From Candidatus Bathyarchaeia archaeon (GTDB lineage: Archaea > Thermoproteota > Bathyarchaeia > 40CM-2-53-6): a stretch of 45,564 bases of DNA. Below the pieces are notes generated by a model. The model was not told the origin of the DNA, did not search any database, and worked only from the letters and a program-made list of their open reading frames with translations. The translations under genes were made by a program, and so were the position numbers. Shown here one piece after another: positions 35,375 to 43,884 of the stretch. The stretch lies in the NCBI GenBank assembly GCA_049697135.1, contig JBAVVE010000136.1:1-45564 (forward strand), written 5' to 3'. Numbering within the stretch: position 1 is the stretch's first letter; every line of letters begins with the position of its first letter.

Positions 35375-35418
35375 ATCACCAACTGTTACCGGTGATCCTA
35401 ATCACCCCAACTAGGATC
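35375..35418. promoter_or_regulatory. Nested inverted repeats upstream of the VIT1-like gene
   Basis: ATCACC (35375-80), GGTGAT (35391-96) and ATCACC (35401-06). In addition, GATCCTA (35394-400) pairs with TAGGATC (35412-18). The cluster ends 17 nt before the start at 35435, and a TATA-like ttcaaatat lies just upstream. Confidence 0.35.
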
Positions 35419-35434
35419 GGAGCCACAGGACTGT

Positions 35435-36031
35435 TTGCTCGCTCGCATCAGGCGATTTAGGGAGTACCTTCGGATTGCCGGAGTCGCGAGCATTTCGCGA
35501 AGGTACTTCGTCATCAATTCTTTCGACGGAGCCATGACCATGCTGGGCATAGTCTTGGGCGCGAGCGCTGCCGGCCCCGTGAACGCAAAGTTCGTTATCG
35601 GCGCGGGGTTAGGTGCGAGTTTTGCCATGGGTGTCTCCGGTCTTTCGGGGGCTTACCTCACCGAACGAGCCGAACACAGGAAACGGCTACGTGGACTGAG
35701 AAGAGCGATGCTATCCGACCTCCGCCGCTCGGTTCATGTGAGGGCATCCTCTTTTGCTTCAGTATGGGCCGCGGTGGTGGATGGATTTTCGCCAGCAATA
35801 GCCGCCGCGGTGCCGACGACCCCATACGTGCTGGCGCTCTATGAGATTATTCCGGTTTGGTGGGCTTTCCCAGCCTCAATCTTGTTGATCCTAACCATTC
35901 TCTTCATACTAGGATCCTTCTTGGGAAGGATCTCCCGCGAGAACATGGTCGTTGCCGGCCTTCGAATGGTGGTAGTAGGCGCCGCCACAGCGGCGGTCTT
36001 GATGGCGCTAGGAGGCTTTGGGATACGATAG
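35435..36031 (+). CDS. VIT1/CCC1-family (DUF125) membrane protein, short archaeal type
   Basis: Motifs: SRRYFVINSFDGAMTMLGIVLGA, GAGLGASFAMGVSGLSGAYLTERAE. C-terminal TM helices are present. Length is 198 aa. Confidence 0.8.
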   Translation: MLARIRRFREYLRIAGVASISRRYFVINSFDGAMTMLGIVLGASAAGPVNAKFVIGAGLGASFAMGVSGLSGAYLTERAEHRKRLRGLRRAMLSDLRRSVHVRASSFASVWAAVVDGFSPAIAAAVPTTPYVLALYEIIPVWWAFPASILLILTILFILGSFLGRISRENMVVAGLRMVVVGAATAAVLMALGGFGIR

Positions 36032-36181
36032 AATGTCTAGACATGATCGAGTTTGCGAACAATTGGTTCGCTGAGTCAAGAGCTATGATCAAAACGAGCA
36101 CAACTCGCTGCCGTTCAAGTGCCATTATAAGGCGACGCTTGCAACATACGTGAACTGCCGTACTCCAAGTGCGCCTCGTGC

Positions 36182-36469
36182 TTGAGAGCGGTGAACCGAT
36201 TGGTCGGCACTCAGATAACAAGAATTGTGCTTGACGTGCTAAAGCCGCATGAGCCCCCGATTCAGGAGCTCGCTTCCAGACTTGCATCTCTCCGAGGCAT
36301 AGACCGCGCTAGCGTCTCGCTCGCCGAGATCGACCAGAGTACTGAAAGTGTCAAGGTCTCAATAGAGGGAACAGGGATCGCGATCGACAGCGTTCGGAAG
36401 GTCCTCGAGGAGCTGGGCGCCGTGATACATAGTATTGACGAAGTCTCTGTCGCCAAGAAAACTAGATAG
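36182..36469 (+). CDS. DUF211-family protein
   Basis: RIVLDVLKPHEPPIQELASRLASL...SLAEIDQSTESVKVSIEGTGIAIDSVRKVLEELGAVIHSIDEV matches the DUF211 consensus. The likely start is the GTG at 36191. Confidence 0.8.
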   Translation: MRAVNRLVGTQITRIVLDVLKPHEPPIQELASRLASLRGIDRASVSLAEIDQSTESVKVSIEGTGIAIDSVRKVLEELGAVIHSIDEVSVAKKTR

Positions 36470-36903
36470 AGAATGAAGAAAATGTTTCGCCAAAGCTCAC
36501 CCCCACCGTCACGAAGCGTCACGCCCCAACCGTGCTCCCTGTGGCTGATGCCCCCCTTCCCCTCGCTGTCAGACGTTCCGCTCTAGGATGGAGAAGACAT
36601 CTGTCTAAAGTAACTCGGCCTCGATCTCGCCGGATGTTTTGGGCACGGGCCTTCGCAGAGGCTTCATCGAATGTTCAACCATGTGATTTGCGCTCATCGA
36701 CGCGCCTTCCGATGAACCAGCCTCTGGACGATCTCCTCTGACGCTTGTGTCGCGCCTTCGAAGACAAAGATGAAAACCAAGATGATTGTAGCAAGGAACG
36801 CCACTCCGCCGAAGAGCGGATGCACCCAGTAGAGCAAGGAGCTGACTAGTCCAAGCCACAAGGGGAGGCAGTGAGGCAAGGGTTTGCTGGAGACGCGATC
36901 GAT

Positions 36904-36990
36904 GTGTCAGTCAGGGTGGACATAGTCATCGGAATACCAGTATACTTGCACTATGTGCTTGTCGTGCCATTCGGGTTGGTGGCCTCGATA
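36904..36990 (+). pseudogene. 5' fragment copy of the M50 protease gene
   Basis: VSVRVDIVIGIPVYLHYVLVVPFGLVA aligns with MSVRVGIVIGIPVYLHYTLVIAFGLVA at 39001. DNA is ~80% identical by eye over ~85 nt, starting exactly at GTGTCAGTCAG. It lies within the 63-codon ORF 36871..37062. Confidence 0.55.
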
Positions 36991-37299
36991 CCCGATCTCG
37001 CCTGCCTTGTTTTGGATGAAGAGACGGCGGCTCGCGGTGCTTTTCTTCACGAGGCTGACTAGTGGCGCCCACGACTGATACCTAATGCGTGTCTTGATGC
37101 AGAGTTCGAGTGATTTGGGATAGAGGTTCATCGTTCTGCTAGAGAAACCGAAACCGATATCGGGCGGTGACAAACTTGAAAGGACTTCGATAACCTTCAA
37201 CTACTTGAGACCGCATCAGAGTGACAATAGGTCGATCTGAAGACTCGGCTGTCTTGAAATGGTGGGTTGGTCATCGAGACAATGCGGATATGAGGTGGT

Positions 37300-38562
37300 T
37301 TGTATTTGGATCCGATTCTGCGGGCTATCGTCGACATCAGCATACTCGTTGCCTTTGCAAAAATCCTGGCAGGCCTCATGGCACGGTTTGACCTCCCTGA
37401 AGTTCTGGGAGAGCTGTTTGCGGGGATAGTTCTTGGTCCGTTTGCGCTTGGATCCCTGCAAATCTGGGGTGAGCCATTAGTCGCATTCAATGAGCACGTC
37501 TTGGCCTTCGCAGAGATAGGGGCTATCCTAATACTGTTCGTAGCAGGACTCGAGGTTGGCTTCGCGCAGTTCAGAGCTCTGGGAAGCCAATCCTTTGCAA
37601 TAGGGGCCTGCGGTGTTCTCGTTCCGTTCCTGCTTGGACTATACATCACCCTTGTAGTTCCTCTCCCTCCTACCGACTTGCCCGGTGCGCTCATTGTCGC
37701 CTCAGCTCTCACAGCAACAAGCATCGCGATAACCATGCGAACACTCGAGGAGCTTGGTGCGCTGGACTCGATGGAGGGCCGGTTGATGATCAATGCTGCT
37801 GTCATCGATGATGTGCTCGGTTTGATCGTCCTCTCAATCGTAATCTCCATCATAGCGACCGGCGTCACCCCGACGCCTGCTGAGGCAACTTGGGTGCTGC
37901 TGCGGACCCTCGGACTTTGGGTTGGCCTTCTCATATTCGTGGTCTACGTTGGGTCAAGGCTCCTGACCTTTTCGAGAAAGTGGGTTGCAGGAGGAACGGT
38001 TGAGATGGCCGCGACCGCCCTGTGCTTCGGGAGCGCAGCAGTATCGGCCGCAATTGGACTACACCCAATCGTTGGCGCTTTCTCTGCTGGAATGGCCATA
38101 GCTGAGTCGAAGGTCCTCAGGCAGGTGAGAGAATACATCGGCAAGATCAACCTGATCTTCTCGCCCATCTTCTTCGGGGTGATAGGCGCTCGCCTGAACC
38201 TATGGGCGCTCTCCCCCATTTCGTTCTACGGGATGTTGGTGATGTTGGCGGTCGCTATTGTTAGCAAAGTGGTCGGTTGCGGAATCCCCGCCGCTCTCGC
38301 CACACGGAGTTCAAGAATCGGAGCAACTGTCGGGGTCGGAATGATTTCTAGGGGCGAGGTAGGCCTCATCGTCGCGGGGATCGGCCTCACGGCGGGCGCC
38401 ATAGGTGAGGGTGTCTACGCACAGATAGTTGCAATGGCCGTCATCACGACCATCATGACGCCGATACTGCTAAGGCGTACTTACCAGAGACCACCAAGCA
38501 TGGAAAGGTTGCGCTGGGCTTTGAAGCGTGCACTCAGCACAGCGAAATCCCGCCGATCCTGA
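37300..38562 (+). CDS. CPA2-family monovalent cation:proton antiporter (Kef/NapA-like)
   Basis: Motifs: DLPEVLGELFAGIVLGPFALG, FAEIGAILILFVAGLEV, ALTATSIAIT, and ~12 TM helices. GAGGTG lies upstream. The start is a TTG at 37300 or 37306. Confidence 0.85.
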   Translation: MYLDPILRAIVDISILVAFAKILAGLMARFDLPEVLGELFAGIVLGPFALGSLQIWGEPLVAFNEHVLAFAEIGAILILFVAGLEVGFAQFRALGSQSFAIGACGVLVPFLLGLYITLVVPLPPTDLPGALIVASALTATSIAITMRTLEELGALDSMEGRLMINAAVIDDVLGLIVLSIVISIIATGVTPTPAEATWVLLRTLGLWVGLLIFVVYVGSRLLTFSRKWVAGGTVEMAATALCFGSAAVSAAIGLHPIVGAFSAGMAIAESKVLRQVREYIGKINLIFSPIFFGVIGARLNLWALSPISFYGMLVMLAVAIVSKVVGCGIPAALATRSSRIGATVGVGMISRGEVGLIVAGIGLTAGAIGEGVYAQIVAMAVITTIMTPILLRRTYQRPPSMERLRWALKRALSTAKSRRS

Positions 38563-39000
38563 AAAGTCAAGAGAGGACCGAAACAGCAGAACCCCTAGTG
38601 AAATAATTATGGGAAATCACACGGGATACTGTTCGGACATGGGTCAGGCGAAACGAACGCCAGAGACATGAAGGACACCTAGGGAATGAAGTGGCTGGGC
38701 TTTCTGCTTGATTTTGTACGTTTCCTCATGCATTGCTTTTTCTTCTGTCGCTTTCGAATCCTGAAGGCAGACCTGCTTAGCTTGTGCGGCAAGGCGGTTC
38801 CTTCCGCACTACCCGATATGCATTCGCGTAGCAATATATGTTCAGCAACCCACCCTCATCCTGGGCATAGCTCCGGAATACACGTGCCTCGCGTGAAATC
38901 GGGACAACCGCCTACGACTGTCAATACCATCTACGCTCAGGTGACTCCGAGACGGCTTTTTTACATGCCGTCACCATAATCTCAAACGGATGAGCGTTCT

Positions 39001-40119
39001 GTGTCAGTCAGAGTCGGCATAGTCATTGGAATACCAGTCTATTTACACTATACGCTCGTGATAGCGTTCGGGTTGGTGGCCTGGACACTCGCCGCGGGTT
39101 ATATGCCCAGCAAATATCCCGGCTATGCACCGCAGGCATATTGGCTAATAGGACTCGCCAGCGCCGCCATCATCTTCCTCTCGGTCTTCGTTCACGAGCT
39201 TGCTCATTCCTACGTCGCGAAGAAGAACGGCCTCTCGATCTCCAAGATCATACTGTTCATCTTCGGTGGGGTTGCGCAGATGGGCGAGGAAACACCGAAC
39301 CCGAAGGTCGAGTTCAAAGTATCGTTGGTAGGGCCGGCCACAAGCTTCGTGATTGCTGGGCTTCTTGGGCTAGCATATTGGACCGCTAAGGGCATGGGTG
39401 TCGAAGCAGCCTACTTTGCGTCGCTGGAGTACGGTGCGTTGGTCAACCTGCTGCTTGGCGGTTTCAACATGATCCCGGCATTCCCGCTGGACGGAGGCAG
39501 AGTCTTCAGGGCGATACTATGGCATCGATCGAGGAGTCTCCTCAGGGCAACCCAGACGGCGTCAAAGGTGGGAGTTGCCTTTGCCTATTTGTTCATCTTT
39601 GGAGGACTCGCATTCCTTTTCACGGGATTCTTTGTGAACGGGATATGGTTCATGTTTATCGGGTTGTTCCTCAAGAACGGCGCGGAAGCAAGCCTCAGAC
39701 AGACCATACTCACCGACGCCCTGAGCGGAGTAATAGTCGAGGACATAATGACTCGGAACGTCGACACCATAGCGGCCGATACTTCATTGAACGACGTGGT
39801 TCAAAACTACTTTGCGCGATACAAGCACGGGGGGTATCCAATTCTCGAAGGCGGGAGGCTGGTTGGCATCCTGACTTTGCAGGATGTGAGGAAGATCCAA
39901 CGAGAAGACTGGGATCACGTGAGGGCCAGAGATGTGATGACTTCCATCACGGCAGTTGAAACAGCAAGCCCAGAAGACACCGCCGTTGATGCTCTGATGA
40001 AACTTTCCAAAAGAGACGTGGGAAGGTTACCTGTCATCCGGCATGGAAAGCTCATCGGCATAATCACGCGAAGTGACTTGACCCACTTGATCAAGGTGCG
40101 TACTGAGCTTCGAGGCTGA
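39001..40119 (+). CDS. M50 site-2-protease-family metalloprotease with C-terminal CBS pair
   Basis: HELAHSYVAKKNG (HExxH) and NMIPAFPLDGGRV (the LDG motif), followed by two CBS repeats: IMTRNVDTIAADTSLNDVV... and VMTSITAVETASPEDTAVDALMKL.... Confidence 0.85.
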   Translation: MSVRVGIVIGIPVYLHYTLVIAFGLVAWTLAAGYMPSKYPGYAPQAYWLIGLASAAIIFLSVFVHELAHSYVAKKNGLSISKIILFIFGGVAQMGEETPNPKVEFKVSLVGPATSFVIAGLLGLAYWTAKGMGVEAAYFASLEYGALVNLLLGGFNMIPAFPLDGGRVFRAILWHRSRSLLRATQTASKVGVAFAYLFIFGGLAFLFTGFFVNGIWFMFIGLFLKNGAEASLRQTILTDALSGVIVEDIMTRNVDTIAADTSLNDVVQNYFARYKHGGYPILEGGRLVGILTLQDVRKIQREDWDHVRARDVMTSITAVETASPEDTAVDALMKLSKRDVGRLPVIRHGKLIGIITRSDLTHLIKVRTELRG

Positions 40120-40300
40120 ACTCTCAGCTCGCGGTGTTGCTTCCGTAATCTCAGCGGGCTGACTTGTTCCATCACAAGGTATAGGCCGACACTGATAAGG
40201 TCGGGATAGCTAGGATAGTTGCATCCCTGCAAGACCGCTATGACTCCTGTTTCAATCCTCCAAGCCGTATGCGCCAAACGTTTTTCCTCCCGGAACAGCC

Positions 40301-40651
40301 ATGCAAGATGGGGCTCCGTGCTACATGCTGGCAGCCATTAGGCGTTTCAGAAGCTACCCAAGGATTTCTGGCATCTCAAGGCGCTATTTTGTGTTGAACT
40401 CCTTTGATGGAGCCATGACCATGCTAGGGGTCGTTGTTGGGGCTCATAGCGCCCAAGCGAGCGACCCCAGGATAGTAATCGGGGCGGGTTTGGGCGCCGG
40501 CGTTGCGATGGGGATGTCCGGGTTTTCCGGCGCCTACTTGACTGAGAGAGCGGAGAGGATGCGCCATCTCAGGAGACCCAAGAAGGCGATGTTATCGGAT
40601 ATGCCGAGGTCGGTCCACGCAAAGGCGTCACCATATCGCCGATCCGCCTAA
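40301..40651 (+). pseudogene. Truncated second copy of the VIT1-like gene
   Basis: From MLAAIRRF (40325) it aligns with copy 1 through ...AMLSDMPRSVHAKAS, then stops. The ~85 C-terminal residues, including the TM helices of copy 1, are missing. Only 38 nt remain before the next gene. Confidence 0.6.
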
Positions 40652-40689
40652 GACGGCATCAGTAACCGCCGACGAAGGCTGAGAACCGC

Positions 40690-40959
40690 TTGGTGAACCC
40701 TGTGATCAAGAAGCTTGTTCTAGATGTGCTCAAACCTCACGAACCTCCTATCGACGAGCTGGCTTCTAAGCTAGCGTCACTTGACGGAACCGATCACGTG
40801 AGCATATCGCTTGCCGAAATTGGCCAAAGCACTGAGAGCCTCAAGATAATCATAGACGGGAGCGATATCCACATAGATTCTGTGAGGCATAGCCTCGAAG
40901 AGCTAAGCGCAGCCATACCCAGCGTAGACGAGGTCGCAGTAGCGAAGAAACGTAGGTAG
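40690..40959 (+). CDS. DUF211-family protein (second copy)
   Basis: KLVLDVLKPHEPPIDELASKLASL...SLAEIGQSTESLKIIIDGSDIHIDSVRHSLEELSAAIPSVDEV. By hand count it is ~70% identical to 36182..36469 over ~79 aligned residues. Confidence 0.8.
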   Translation: MVNPVIKKLVLDVLKPHEPPIDELASKLASLDGTDHVSISLAEIGQSTESLKIIIDGSDIHIDSVRHSLEELSAAIPSVDEVAVAKKRR

Positions 40960-41009
40960 CTCTACGCCAACTCGGCCATTTCAAGTTCGGCCTCTGCTTC
41001 TTTCTTCAT

Positions 41010-41915
41010 CTAGCGCTCAACTAGTGACAAGACCTCCGAAATGCTGCAGGTCGCAAGGCAGATAGTTCTGTCGTCAGCCCCGTAATATACGAACAGTTTT
41101 CCATCCAACACAACCGCGCCGCATGAGAAAACGATGTTCTTTTCGTATTCTTCTCTCGGCTCCAGTATTGGTGTTCGAGCCCTTGTCACCTTTTCAGGGT
41201 TCTTCGAGTCGATGAGCGCCACTCCTAACCTGTAGGTAAAGTTGAGATCAATTGCATGATAAAGAAACAACCATCCTTTTTCTGTCTCTATGGGAGGCGC
41301 CGCGGCGCCTATCTTCGTACGCTCCCACGTCTCCTGGGGCTGCATGACTATTCTATGGTAGCTAGTGGACCAGTCCTCCAGCCTATCTGAGTAGCCGACC
41401 CAGATATGAGGTGGGATGCGGTGGTAGAGCGCATATTTCCCACCGAACTTCTTTGAGAACAACACGCAATTCTTGCTGTCGACACGGGGTAACGGGTAAA
41501 CCCGCTCGCCCCAATTCCACCTATGATCAAGAAAGTCACAGACACGGATCGACGTGATTCCTACTTGGGCCAGTCTGGTCTTATTCGCCCTGTAGTATCT
41601 ACGAGATTTCCCGTAGGCTGTATAACACATATAGTAGTCATCTCTGATTCTTGTTATTCTGGGATCTTCGCATCCGAACGACTCGAAATCGTGCGCTGGA
41701 CAGAATACCGGTGAATCGAACCTTTCGTCGAAATGATAGCCGTCAGAACTGCAAGCGTAACCGAGTCTCGATACTTCGTCTTCCCCCTGCGCTCTGTAGA
41801 CGATGTGCACTTTACCTTTCTCATACACCGCGGCGCAGTTGAACACGCTTTTTGATTCCCAAGGGTGATCGTGTAGCGGTTTCAGAATGGGGTTTTTCTT
41901 GTATCTTTGGAGCAT
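41010..41915 (-). CDS. GH130-family glycoside phosphorylase/hydrolase (beta-mannoside type)
   Basis: YKKNPILKP...WESKSVFNCAAVYEKGKVHIVYRAQGED..SRLGYACSSDGYHFDER...GCEDPRITRIRDDYYMCYTAY and the later YYGADD are typical of the GH130 (former DUF377) 5-bladed propeller. Confidence 0.85.
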   Translation of the reverse strand: MLQRYKKNPILKPLHDHPWESKSVFNCAAVYEKGKVHIVYRAQGEDEVSRLGYACSSDGYHFDERFDSPVFCPAHDFESFGCEDPRITRIRDDYYMCYTAYGKSRRYYRANKTRLAQVGITSIRVCDFLDHRWNWGERVYPLPRVDSKNCVLFSKKFGGKYALYHRIPPHIWVGYSDRLEDWSTSYHRIVMQPQETWERTKIGAAAPPIETEKGWLFLYHAIDLNFTYRLGVALIDSKNPEKVTRARTPILEPREEYEKNIVFSCGAVVLDGKLFVYYGADDRTICLATCSISEVLSLVER

Positions 41916-42066
41916 TGCGACCAGCTCACAGTCCTAGGTACCGGATATCTTGGACCACCCAATGGCGTTATGCGTAGCGCGGCCTTAGACTGTTAAGAGC
42001 GCGTGCTTGCACCTTGTTGTGACCAACTCCGGCGCCTGAGGGGGTCGGGCCTGAACGCTGGAGTGT

Positions 42067-43872
42067 TCAGACGGGATACGGGTACCTCAGAAGCATCGCC
42101 ACCTGCCCCAAGAGAACAGTGATGACGGAGACGAAGAGTCCCAACCCAATCCACTCTCTCAAAGAGAGCGACGTGTGCTCCCGCTTCTCTAGTAGACCGA
42201 TTGCCACTATGTTTGCAGTTGAGCCGACCATAGTAAGGTTTCCACCAAAGCATCCAGCAAAAAGTATGGTCCACCATAGTGGATACATATCGATTCCTGC
42301 TTCTCCAAGCCTGAATATGACAGGAATCAAAGCGGCAATGAGGGGGACATTGTCTATTGTGCCTGACAGCAACATTACAGGCCATGTCAGCACCGAAGTG
42401 AGCAACAGATAGTTCCCACCGGTGGCTTGGAGAATCTGCTCTGCAACCAACAGAGTCGTTCCCGTATGCTCCAACGTCGCTGCAGCACCAAAAAGGAATA
42501 TGAAGAAGAGCAACGTCCACCAATCAACGCCGCTTTCGACAAGTTCCTTGGCGTTCTCGTGTTTCACCAAGAGTGCGAAGGCTGCGCCCAACATGGGAAT
42601 TGCGACGAGAACTGTGTTCTTGGGTAGTCCCAGTAGGCTCTCGAGGCTTGACTGAACGACTATCAGCGAGATCACTGCGAGAAAGATAACCGCTGTCATC
42701 CAGTCTTCTCGGCCAAAATTGCCCGATCGAATGATTGAACCTACCCGGTTAACCGACGCCGTGAAGAGTTCGCGGTCATTATCTAGCACCCTACGGTACC
42801 ACGCGAGAACCATCGGAATAGCCACCAAGAGAGCGACAAAAGCGACCGGCGTAGCCCATACAAGAAATTCCTCAAATGAGAGAGCTGCCTCAAACGCAAT
42901 GAGAACGCCGATCGGATTTCCGAGTACGGTTGCCGCGCTGCCGATGTTCACCGCCATGACCGCTGAAAGAAGATAGGGCTTCGCGTTGATGCCGAGAACT
43001 CTTGATAGATCAAGGATCAGAGTGCCAAGGAGGAGCATCGCGGTCACTTCATCCATGAGGGCGGCCAGAACCGCCCCCGAACACATTAAGGCGATCATCA
43101 AGCGTTTGGGGTCACCGTGTACCTTTCCCATCAACGTGCCTATCGCAACCTTGAGGAATCCGGACCTTTCGAGTGACTCAATCATGATCATCATCGATAC
43201 CAAGAAGAGAATGACTTCCATCTTCATTGAACGAATCATCACATCTAGGTGCACCAGACCAAGTAACAGAATAACACCGACACCTCCGATCGCAAAAGCA
43301 AGGCGGAAACGCCAGAAGAGGAGCGTTCCGGCAATCGTGCTTGCGAACACTAACACTCCGATCATCTGTTCAAAGGTGGGGTTCAGAAGACTGAAGACTG
43401 ATGTCACAGCGAGAAGAATCACTATCATATAGACAGAGTTTCGATACGTTACACTCGTGATTCTTGCCTCGATCATGCGAAGCTCCGATCCGATCTTGAC
43501 CATGACGTCTTGTCTCCTATCACTGGGCACGCGCGACCTTCGCGTGCGAATCTGACGACACGTGACAAACCCTTTGCCACTATTGTGGTTTATCTCAGAA
43601 TCCAGCGAAATGTAACCGCCGGCGTCATCAGTGTTTGACATGTTAGAGGGGAGATTGCCCACATGTTCCGGCAGTTCACTGTCTGTTGTGTTCCGCTTCG
43701 GCACTCTCATCAGTTCTCGGGCTCTACGTAGCAGAACGGTGCGCTCGCGTACTCGGAATGGTGTAGGGAGACTGGAATTGAGGGATGCCAACAGATGGAG
43801 CCTCACGAGTTTGTGCCACGATCTGCAGTTCGGCCCCTGAGGAGTAACGAGAGCGATTCCTAGGACTTTCAC
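42067..43872 (-). CDS. ArsB/NhaD-superfamily (CitMHS-like) permease with ~130-aa N-terminal extension
   Basis: The permease core runs from ~aa 140. It has a KPYLLSAVMAVNIGSAATVLGNPIG motif paralleling KPYILSEIVASNIGGAATLIGDPPN in the upstream paralog. The frame stays open 123 codons upstream to a GTG 12 nt after the upstream stop. Alternative starts are the ATGs at 43503 and 43476. Confidence 0.75.
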   Translation of the reverse strand: MKVLGIALVTPQGPNCRSWHKLVRLHLLASLNSSLPTPFRVRERTVLLRRARELMRVPKRNTTDSELPEHVGNLPSNMSNTDDAGGYISLDSEINHNSGKGFVTCRQIRTRRSRVPSDRRQDVMVKIGSELRMIEARITSVTYRNSVYMIVILLAVTSVFSLLNPTFEQMIGVLVFASTIAGTLLFWRFRLAFAIGGVGVILLLGLVHLDVMIRSMKMEVILFLVSMMIMIESLERSGFLKVAIGTLMGKVHGDPKRLMIALMCSGAVLAALMDEVTAMLLLGTLILDLSRVLGINAKPYLLSAVMAVNIGSAATVLGNPIGVLIAFEAALSFEEFLVWATPVAFVALLVAIPMVLAWYRRVLDNDRELFTASVNRVGSIIRSGNFGREDWMTAVIFLAVISLIVVQSSLESLLGLPKNTVLVAIPMLGAAFALLVKHENAKELVESGVDWWTLLFFIFLFGAAATLEHTGTTLLVAEQILQATGGNYLLLTSVLTWPVMLLSGTIDNVPLIAALIPVIFRLGEAGIDMYPLWWTILFAGCFGGNLTMVGSTANIVAIGLLEKREHTSLSLREWIGLGLFVSVITVLLGQVAMLLRYPYPV

Positions 43873-43884
43873 ACGAGCGTATCT

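Noticed and set aside
36694-36879. 61-aa minus-strand two-TM micro-ORF after DUF211
   Set aside because: It has only a TTG start, no RBS and no homolog recognisable by eye. It is plausible as a small membrane protein but unsupported.
36907-37200. 97-aa minus-strand ORF between the M50 fragment and CPA2
   Set aside because: Its 3' third is antisense to the M50-derived fragment and no family is recognisable. It could be real, but the evidence is insufficient.
37197-37934. 245-aa minus-strand ORF opposite the CPA2 antiporter
   Set aside because: It is entirely antisense to a well-supported transporter gene. It has Ser/Arg/Pro/Thr-rich, low-information composition typical of the reverse frame of GC-balanced membrane genes, and no motifs.
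38941-38961. ccg-aga-cgg mini-hairpin followed by cttttttac as a terminator
   Set aside because: The stem is only 3 bp and lies ~380 nt after the nearest upstream stop. The T6 run alone may still act as an archaeal terminator, but support is too weak for a feature call.
38686-38979. 97-aa plus-strand ORF in the gap between CPA2 and M50
   Set aside because: It has Cys/Phe/His/Pro-rich irregular composition, no RBS, and no motif. I treat the 438-nt gap as non-coding.
42986-43432. 148-aa plus-strand ORF opposite the ArsB/NhaD permease
   Set aside because: It is an antisense shadow ORF with Arg/Ile/Thr-rich composition.
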